From Vicugna vicugna (lineage: Eukaryota), in NCBI GenBank assembly GCA_013265495.1, contig MU058423.1, positions 8,231,627 to 8,295,626 on the forward strand: a stretch of DNA of 64,000 bases, given 5' to 3'. Shown here in pieces: positions 55,331 to 64,000 of this stretch. The notes below the pieces were generated by a model. The model had not been told where the DNA came from, made no database searches, and saw nothing but the letters and a program-made list of their open reading frames with translations. The translations under genes were made by a program, and so were the position numbers. Every line of letters begins with the position of its first letter. The first letter of the stretch is position 1.

Positions 55331-56087
55331 AGCTTTCTAGTATTTTCCCAAGTGAATCAAGGAAGAGCAGGGGAGACAAGTAGGGAGAATCTTACCATAT
55401 TCAGTATTGCGATTTGAACTGAATCGAATCGCAGTGATGGGGTTTCCCACACACATACTCTCAGCTCTGCCAGATGTCCCTGGGTCCAAGACCCTCTGAT
55501 TTAGCCCGTTCAGAGAGGAAGCCTCCAGTCTTCTGCTGAGATGGGGGTATTGGGTCCTGTCCTGTTACACAAGTTGGAGATGGAGGGCTGGAGATTTGGC
55601 TGTTAATTTTAATTTGATAAAAAAATTATGTAAAAATCAGAAAGGAAAATGAATGGGAAGTAAGGTATTGAAAGCAGTGAGTTTAGCAGGGTTAGAGAGA
55701 GGGGAGCACTTTCTAGTAGATATTTCACACTCAGTCCTCCTATTTTCATTTTTTCCCCACTTTTTAAATTGCAGTATAGTTGAATTACAATGTTGTATTA
55801 GTTTTTGGTGTAAAACATATTGATTCAGTTCTACACACACACACACACATACACACACATACACACTCACACATACTCTTTTTCATTTAGTCCTCATTTT
55901 CAGATCATCAGTTACTACCACTTTCAGAAATACCTAGAGCTTCAATTTCCTGGTCTTGTTTCAGGATCTGTAGTGGAAATGTAACTTGCTTCTAGGACTC
56001 CTGCTTCTAGCTCAGGTGCTGACTTTCTCTGGTCTGACAAGCCATTTACACAAGTTCATTTGTCTTCCGAAATTTTATTGCTATTGT

Positions 56088-57282
56088 CAGAGTCAAATTA
56101 ACCTTGAAGCTAATGTAGCTCAAACTTTATAGAGCCTTGCTCCAAGGTCCTGGAAGGAGTCCTGGCAATGTGTCCACATGATTATATAAATACTAAAAGT
56201 AAGACGTTTTAGCCGTGACTGGCCAAGTTTGCCATCTCTTTCCATTAAGAAGTCTCCCCTGTGTCATCTCCCTGTGTGTAGGGGTGGTTTTGGAGTTGCT
56301 GTAGGCATTTTTGGGATCTGGCTGAGGGGAAGTTGCGCTCCATCTAGAGTGAGTAATGGGGTTTAGAAGGATGTGTGAGTGAGTTCCATCCATGTTGTTA
56401 CCAGCCATCCAAGTGGGGGACTGATTGTCAGGACTTCTTCTATTGCCCCCATGGCTACTCATGCCGTCATGATACAAAATGCAGGGCCAGTGTCACATGA
56501 CTGTGAGCCAGAAGCTGGTCTGGGGAAATTCTTCCAAAGATGTCATGTGTAAATTATATTTGGAGCATTAGAATCTCACTGATACCCAGGTAAAACAGAA
56601 GTTCTCTTCTTTACAGACTACATTTGATAACTTAGTGTTTACAATTATTAAACACATCATATATTGTTTTCCATTTTGATGGATTTCACACAAAAAAGAT
56701 TGATCAGAATTTGTGCATATGTCTGGTATTTATAGGGTATAACTATTGCAATTTGGAAATAAATTTGGGGTTATTTCAGTAAAAGATGTGAAAAATTAAA
56801 GACTTCTCATTTGGACATATACAAGAAGTATTTTGTAATCTATACATTTGTTTATTACAGGAGTGGGAGAAAAATTCGTATTGAAAATTAATGGAATATG
56901 GAAAAAAGTTAGCTACTTTCTTAAATTTGGCAACAGTCCTGAAAGCTTACATGACATGACCAATGGTGAATTTTGAAGCTGAAAGCAGTTAAATTAAAAA
57001 AAAACATTTTTGACCAATACAGAGAGAAGACTACATTCCCCCTCTATTCTCTCTAAAGAAAGTGATACTTATTTTATCCCACAAAGGTGAGATCGAAGGC
57101 AATGTAACCAAAGAGGTAAGGAAAAACATATTACAAAACATTTAGGGCAGTTAATAAAGATACTGCTATTTTTATTATTTCATGGTTTGTTAGCTTTTTA
57201 AAATTAGAAATTTGCTGCGACATCTTTTCTTAGTCTAAATTCCTTTTCATATCTGACTTTGTGTTTTTGTAAGTGAGGGCCT
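56088..57282 (+). mobile_element. Zaphod/MER115-like hAT-Tip100 DNA transposon remnant with a decayed transposase C-terminus
   Basis: The 5' end cagagtcaaattaaccttgaagctaatgtagctc...ccaaggtcctggaaggagtcctggcaatgtgtccacatg resembles Zaphod. From 56924 it translates NLATVLKAYMT*PMVNFEAE and later ERRLHSPSILSKESD, matching the hAT dimerization-domain pattern. Confidence 0.72.
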
Positions 57283-59449
57283 TCTATCTCCAGTTGTCCA
57301 AGCGTCTACCTGGCTCTGTTTCTTCTTCCATTCTCTTTGTCCTTCTAAATTTCTTTACGGCATTTAGTGGGATCATGATGGGGAGAAAACATGTGCAAAC
57401 CTTCATGTTTTGACAGAAGTTTTCATTTATGATTTTTAAACAGAAATTTTTATTTTAATCAAGATGTATACATACATAAATTTTAAATGAAGCATTTCCA
57501 TAAAAGTTGTTGATTTAAGAAATAATTTTATACCCCCCACTCCTGCTTCCCAGTGTTAACTGCTTTGACTTCTTTCACTTGTCCTTTGTGTACTTGCTTC
57601 CATGTTTTCCAATAATGTGCTGTGCTCATTTTTGGATTTTTTTTTCTGATTTTCATAATTATGTGTTGACTTTGTCCTTTGAGTACTGATTTAGCCCTCT
57701 TAAACACATTGCTTCCACCACCCCCACCCCCACTCCCACCCCGCATGCAGTTTCCTGTCCTCCAAATATAGATCAAATATTGATTTTTATATTATTGTGA
57801 CTATGCAAATTTTACTCACAGCTTAGTCATGCATGTATGATGATATACTTACTTTCATGTATACCTTTCGGGTTTCCCTAGACCTAGACTTAAATATTGT
57901 CATTTTCTTTGTTTGCTCAGTTTCTTACATGCTTACTACAAATTCATCCCCACACCCTCGGGGCATTCAAATATGAGGAAACACGTCACGTTCATGGGGA
58001 CCTCACTCCTGGGTCCTCTGTCCTCTTCTCTAGTCCCAACTGCAGCGTGGTTGTCGTCCTGGGGTCTCTCTCACGTCTCCCCAGTTGGCGCCTCCACACC
58101 AGACTCTCCTTCATTCTTTACGCCTTCATATTGGTGGAGCACAACATCCAGTAGCTTCCTGGGTTAAGTGTACATGGAAGATAAAATCCTTGAGAAGTTG
58201 AATAGGTACAAATGTCTGTATCCTATCTTAACTCTTCTGTCAGAGCTTGGCCAAATATAAAATTCTAGGTTTACAGTCATTTTCCTTGACAACATTTAAG
58301 GCATTGTTTCACTGTCTTCCAGCATCCAGCGTTGCTGTTAAGAAGGGTGATACTGCCTTCACTCCCTATCTTTTCTGTGTAAGCTGTTTTTATTGCTTTT
58401 TTCTGTCCCACCCCTCACAGTCTTCTTACAATATAACAATGTATACTCTCCCATCAAGGGTGGGATCTCTGTTACCTCCAGTTGAACTTGGTGGACTTTT
58501 GTAACCAGAATGAGGTACAGAGGATGCTGAGTGACTTCCAACGCTAGGTCATAAAAAGGGATATGGTTTCCTCCCATTGCTTGCTCTTTCTTGCCATTAG
58601 CCCTGACACCATAATGTAGACACTATATGGAAAGAGAAGAGAGAGAGAAATGCCCAAGGTGTCATTTGTCTTTGTTGAGATTTTAGACACACACACACAC
58701 ACACACACACGAGACCATGGGAGCACTACGTCCATAAGCCGGACTTGCTAACTGGTAGACGATGCTGGAAGATGATCTGGTTGAGCCGTTTTACTGGGGA
58801 CCCCTGACAGTAGCTTTAGGTGTTTTCTTCTGGGATATACATTTATCCAGAGAGAAAGGCTTTCATTCTTTTCCCCAGAATATATAAACTTGGCTGCAGC
58901 ATCCTGGGAGATCAGTTAGAAAACAGAGCTGGTGTTTCTTACCATTCAGCATATAGACTTCCACTCAACCCTCCCATTTTTACTGTCATGTTCCACAGCC
59001 AGAGGCACTCTGTTCACCCTCTCTACCCCGTATCTTCTGCCTCAGTGGGAAGAGACAGTCCCCAGCTGTTCAGAGCTAGGAAAGGTCATGGAGGGGCAGG
59101 GTGAGGGGCTGAGCATGAGGCTAACTGCTGCTAAAGCAGGCTTTCTGCTTTCATCTTAACTCTCAGCCCCTCCTTCAGACATACCTAAAATCCCCCGTTC
59201 TGGGCTTTCCTGAGGTTGTCTAGAGTAACTCAGCTTGATTTAGGGCTTCCCCTAGCGCAGCCTTAGTTTTCAGTTTTTTAAGTGGTACTCAGTAAAGGAG
59301 CATTCATCCTTTGCTTTTCAGTTTCCAAAATGTTGTGGCTGTCAGCTGTTTTTCCTTTCTCTTTGTTTATGCAAAAGAAAAAAAAATCCCTTTACCATTA
59401 TGTCGGAGTGGAAGGAAGTGAAAGTGTTTAATTTACTGTCTCTGAAGGG

Positions 59450-60520
59450 AGGTCATTTCTATTTTCTCTTAAACCCATGCAGTCTGGCTTCTGCTGTAAC
59501 CGTTCTTTTAAGTTTGCCCTTTCTAAGGACACAGATGACTCTTTAACCAACAGAGACGAAGGCCTCTCAGGCATCCTCCTTTAGGGGAACTTTCTGCAAC
59601 ATTTGGCACCATTGAGCACCCCCTGTTGAAACTCTGCACCCCGCTCTCCTGCCCCCGCGTTGTCTCACTCACATCGCCCATTCCCAGCACTCCTAACTGG
59701 GTTTTCTGTTTCTCTCTTATCTTCAATCTCCTTACCCTCCAAATAAGAAACAATTAAATAGCCTGTATTGTGTTCTAGGCCCTGTACTAAATAAGCATTT
59801 TGTATATAATAAGTTTGTCCCCTGAAGAACTCTATGAGCGAGGTACTATTATTAAACTGAGGCACAGAAAGTTTAAGTGACTCGTCCAAAACCCCAGCTG
59901 TTTCCCACCATGCGCGGTGCCTCTTCAGATGCGACCTGCTGGGTCGTCCCTCTTACCGCTGTGCACTCTCTAGGCTGGTCTCGCCTGCCTCTGGGGCTTT
60001 GTCTACCACGTGTATGCGGGCGGCTCTGAACTGTACGCCTCCAGTCCCCTCTTTCTCCTAAGCACCAAATCCAGTTCCCAAATATTCATTGGAAACCTTT
60101 TGCGGGTCTCACACCCACCCCACCTTCAAAATATCCAAGCCCCAATCATGTGATTTTCATCATTCACTTTGCAGAACAACTCAGCCTGCTCTGTGCTGTG
60201 CGTATCAATTCGTGGCAAGCATATACTTCATCAGGCAAGCTAGAACCTGCAGAGTCCCATTCTGACTGCTCCCTCTCTCTCACCCTGTATGTGGAATTTG
60301 CTGCCAAGACTGTAGCCCCTGAGGGGCTTCCTAATTCATCTCCTCATCATCCTTCCATTGTCGTCGTTAGGGCTTCACCCCCTGTTTAGGACAGCTTCCT
60401 CCTCACTGGCTTCACCACCTTCAGAGCTGCTTTTCTAAATGCCTAAGCTCTGTTTGCTCTGCTGATTGAGGCTGGACAGGTAGCCTCCGTGGGACGGAAG
60501 CATTCCTTACATGACAAAAG
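59450..60520 (+). mobile_element. LINE-2 fragments interrupted by a MIR (-, ~59740-59890)
   Basis: aacccatgcagtctggcttctg...tctgcaacatttggcaccattgagcac.... The MIR core aaactgaggcacagaaagtttaagtgactcgtccaa lies inside. Confidence 0.7.
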
Positions 60521-60581
60521 GACAACAGGATCCTGTAAAGAAACATCTCCTGTACATGTTTACAGATCAGTGAACACATAA

Positions 60582-60890
60582 CTCTTTCCTTTTGCCTCAT
60601 TGCATCCAAGAAAGCAAGATGGGTCACCAGCAGCTGTACTGAAGCCACCTGAGAAAATTCGGTCAGAGTTCTTGCTCTGCTGTGTCTGCTCAAATGTGCA
60701 CCTTCTAATCCAGAAATACAGCCTCAATATGAGCTGCCAGCGTTTCCACCAATACACGAAGGATGTTGGCTTCTTTAAGTTGGACTAAGTGAACGTCCTT
60801 GAATGGATCATCCAGCACATCTACTTTATGCAGAAACAATGCTAACTCCTTGTATATAAAATAAAAATTTTTAAACTTCAAAAAAAAAAA
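60582..60890 (+). pseudogene. RPS29: Processed pseudogene of 40S ribosomal protein S29 (uS14)
   Basis: 5'TOP-like CTCTTTCCTTTT leader. From ATG at 60619 it reads MGHQQLY*SHLRKFGQSSC, then after a 1-nt frameshift CCVCSNVHLLIQKYSLNMSCQRFHQYTKDVGFFKLD* (TAA ends 60788). RPS29 reads [56 protein letters not shown]. No introns, AATAAA at 60860-60865, A11 tail, and TSD TGAACACATA at 60571-60580 and 60891-60900. Confidence 0.96.
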
Positions 60891-60994
60891 TGAACACATA
60901 CCAGCAGAAACCAAAAGCTGTAATGTTCTAAAACATTAATGATTAAATATCAACCAGAAACTAAACTAAAGCAACTCTGAAATAATAGCCATAA

Positions 60995-61200
60995 AATTCA
61001 TTTATTTATTTATTCAACAATTAATAATTGAGCACCTACTATGAACCAACAGGCATTCTTCTAGGAACTGGAGTTGCAGCCTTAAAAAAGACAGATAAGG
61101 TCCCTGACACAATGGAGCTTGTATTCCTGTACAGAAGACTAATTGTAAAGAAATAAACAAGGAAATAAATGAGAAGATGTCAGAAGGCAATGAGTACACG
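60995..61200 (-). mobile_element. LINE-2 3' end
   Basis: attcatttatttatttattcaacaattaataattgagcacctactatg...aagacagataaggtccctg...atggagcttgtattc. Confidence 0.8.
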
Positions 61201-63589
61201 GCTGAGCGTTAAGGCGGCGACCTTGAGCTGTTGCTCTGGGTGGCCAGGGTTGGCCTCTCTGAGCAGCTGGCACTGGATACTGGGTGCAGCACAGCTGGGG
61301 CTGGCTCGGGGCTCCCCGGCACAGCACCGGGAAGGCCTGAGAAGAACTCTGCCCCGAGAGCAACAGGCCTAGTGTGGGAGCTCTGAACTAGGCGCCACGG
61401 GACCCATCCAAGGGACTCAGTCAGTGACCCAAGACAAGTCTTCACCCCAGTCTGGGCCTCTAAGGTCTTTTCCACCCGCAGGACTCCTTTCCGTGCCTTC
61501 TTGGGTCCTGGGTCCCCCCAAAACAATTTTCTACCACAGCAGCCTTCTCCTCCAGTTTAGGACTTCAATCGCAAGGCCTGACCAGGCCCCTGCCCCTACT
61601 ACCACGGAGCCTTGCATGGCCAGTGGCGGGGACAGCACCAGGCGGCCGGGGGACGGTGGGAAGCGCCGGGCGCAGCTCTTGCCGAACACCTGGCTGCTGG
61701 GTCTGTAACTCTCCCAGGCTGGAGCGTCTTGAGGGGCGTGGAACCCCAAAGAATCTGCGCTAACATTCAACAAGACCTTCCTCTCTGGGAAATCTTGTAA
61801 GTAATTTGTCCAACTGAAGGATTACACGTCTGTAAAGTAACTTGTTACTAAGTGTTCAAGATGAATTTTTAAAAAATAGATCATGGAGAAAAACTATTAA
61901 AATGACTCTCTTTTTGCTTATTTATACACATAAATATGAATTTAACATAAATATATATATATAAAACCACAATGATTCAAAACTTCAGAAGGAATTCTGT
62001 TTCACATAAACTAAATCAAAGAAGTCATCGGCGTGGGAAGTCCACTCCGTAGATGATCTTTCGCTTGAACCGTTCCTCCAGCTATTTTCAAAACAAAATG
62101 AAGACAGATTCTTCAACCAATTTTATGTTATGTAACTCTGTTTTTAAAGTTTCCAAATTCACCTCATAGGTTTGAAATGAGCTGTCTTTTACATTTGTAT
62201 TTTCTTTTATTATGGCCTTTTCACAAGCCTCAGAAAGATCCAATCATTCACATGAATTGCAGGGGTAATTAGGGGCATGCTAGGCTGTGGTTTTCTCTCC
62301 CAACTGTGCATCGCTGAGGTGAAAAACACAAAGTGGGCATCTTGCTCTGCCTTGCCCAGCAGCCCAGGCCAGGAGGAGGGAAAACGAGGAGGTTGCGCTG
62401 AATTGTGTGTGCATAAATACAAATTTTAAATTGATAAAAAATACAAAGGCATTTTATTCTCACAACTCCGGCTGGCAAATAGAAGGTATTACTGTGTTTT
62501 TAAAGCAGGTTCACAACTTTTAATTTATTTGCTCCTCCCAATTACGTAGGCAGCAGCGATTGTCATCCTCATTTTATAGGCCGGGGAAAACTCGTAAGAA
62601 GGAAGGGAGCTGCCTAAGGTCTTACAGAGAGGCTGCAGCAGAGCCAGATGAGAAACAGTAGACGCCTGGCTCCTCACAGTGCTCGAAAAATCATTCAAAT
62701 GAAAACCTTGAAGGGATGAAGGAAGGAAGAAAGAAATGAAAGGAAGGAGGAAGAGAAATACTCACCAAGTACTCACTATTCTATGTTGCTTCCTTGCTCA
62801 TTGTCTGACCCTCTTACTGGAACGTAAGTTCCATAAAGACCAACATTTTGGCTCTTTTGTTGCTGTATATTATAGATTAACACCTAGATAGTGCCCCCCC
62901 CCTTTTTTAAATACAGATGTTTATTAAGGTCATTTCTAGCCCATGGCTAGGACTCATATTCAGCTCTATGAGCCACGGAGGGGCCTCGTCCCCATTCAAT
63001 GTTAATGACATTAGGGAGGCAGGGCCACAGGTAGATCCCACTGCTCCCACAGCAAGGGGTCCCTCCCATAGCCAGTATAAGTAGACACACAGCTGGGGGT
63101 AAAGAGGGAAATCACTGATGAACACATTCCCCTCCACCCCACCTGGGTCCTCGCATTCTCCCCATCTTCCAACACCATGGGCAAAAGGTGCCTAGTACCA
63201 TGTTGTGGGGTACCTAGGGAAGCCCCTTTGTCAGACCTCAGAGCTATGGGAAAGGCATGCCCTTCCCTTCGCAGGCATCCCAGGCCAGACTGGAACGCTG
63301 CAGTCCTTCCCGAAGCCGAGAGGGCACTGGCTGTCCGAGCCAGCTGAGCAGCTTCAACAGCTCCAAATTGTGTTCGTTGTGTGTGCTCCGTATAGAGATG
63401 CTCAGTAAATACTGGTGATGAGTGAATGAAAGGATTAAAAGTTTCTCAAATTCATTCTGAATTATGTCAAATGGAGTGGGCCATTTGAAAGTAGCTGAAT
63501 CATAAATCAGAATGTTATTCTGATTTTTTATTTCAGTTTCAAATTACAGAGACATGGGGCTATTGATGCATGAAAAGACACGGAGGAAA

Positions 63590-64000
63590 CAAAAATGCAC
63601 ATTACCAAGTGAAAGAAGCTAATCTGAAAAGGCTACACACTATATAATTCCAACTACATGGCATTCTGGAAAATTATAGAGAATCAAAAGATCAGTGGCT
63701 GCCAAGGGCTAAGGGGTTGGGAAGGATGGATAGGCAGAGCTCAGAGAATTTATAAGGCAGTGTAGTTACTCTGTATGATACTACAATTTTGAATACATGT
63801 CATTCATCATGCATTTTTCCAAACCCGCAGAATGTACAACATCAAAAGTGAACCCTAATATAAACTCTGTGGGTGATAACGATGTGTCAACGTACGTTCA
63901 ACAGATGTAACAAACACACAACTCCTGTGGGGGATGTTGATAATGAGCACGTCTGTGCATGTAAAGTAAAGGGTATATGGAAACCTTCCACTCTATTTTG
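63590..64000 (+). mobile_element. LINE-1 (L1MC-like) 3' region running off the window
   Basis: aagtgaaagaagctaatctgaaaaggctacac...attccaactacatggcattctggaaaa...aaaagatcagtggctgccaaggg...gaatgtacaacatcaaaagtgaaccctaatataaact. Confidence 0.85.

Noticed and set aside
55407..55436. Short hairpin tgcgatttga...tcgaatcgca
   Set aside because: Only a ~10-bp imperfect stem in a repeat-rich region, so it is compatible with chance.

Overview
Mammalian genomic DNA, probably camelid: it carries Vic-1-like tRNA-derived SINEs, and I recognised no Alu, B1, BovA or PRE-1 elements. There is one intact protein-coding gene, S1PR1 (sphingosine-1-phosphate receptor 1), on the minus strand. It has a CpG-island promoter, a non-coding exon 1 ending at 50261, a 1647-bp GT-AG intron and a single coding exon (382-aa CDS at 48450-47302) with a ~1.37-kb 3'UTR. 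A processed RPS29 pseudogene with target-site duplications lies at ~60.6-60.9 kb. The rest is non-coding and repeat-rich: L1, L2, MIR, an ERV1-type solo LTR, ERV-L pol remnants, MLT1, and hAT/TcMar DNA transposons. The most interesting observations are regulatory: an 18-codon uORF ending 5 nt before the exon 1 donor, a FOX:ETS/GATA/MEF2 cluster in intron 1, a divergent GC-box/TATA unit, stacked miRNA seed sites, a K341T change at a C-terminal lysine, a G-rich 12-mer minisatellite, and candidate CTCF and STAT sites. I found no credible evidence of a novel multi-gene system. Repeat family names and human comparisons are from memory and need database confirmation, and repeat boundaries are approximate unless a TSD is given.
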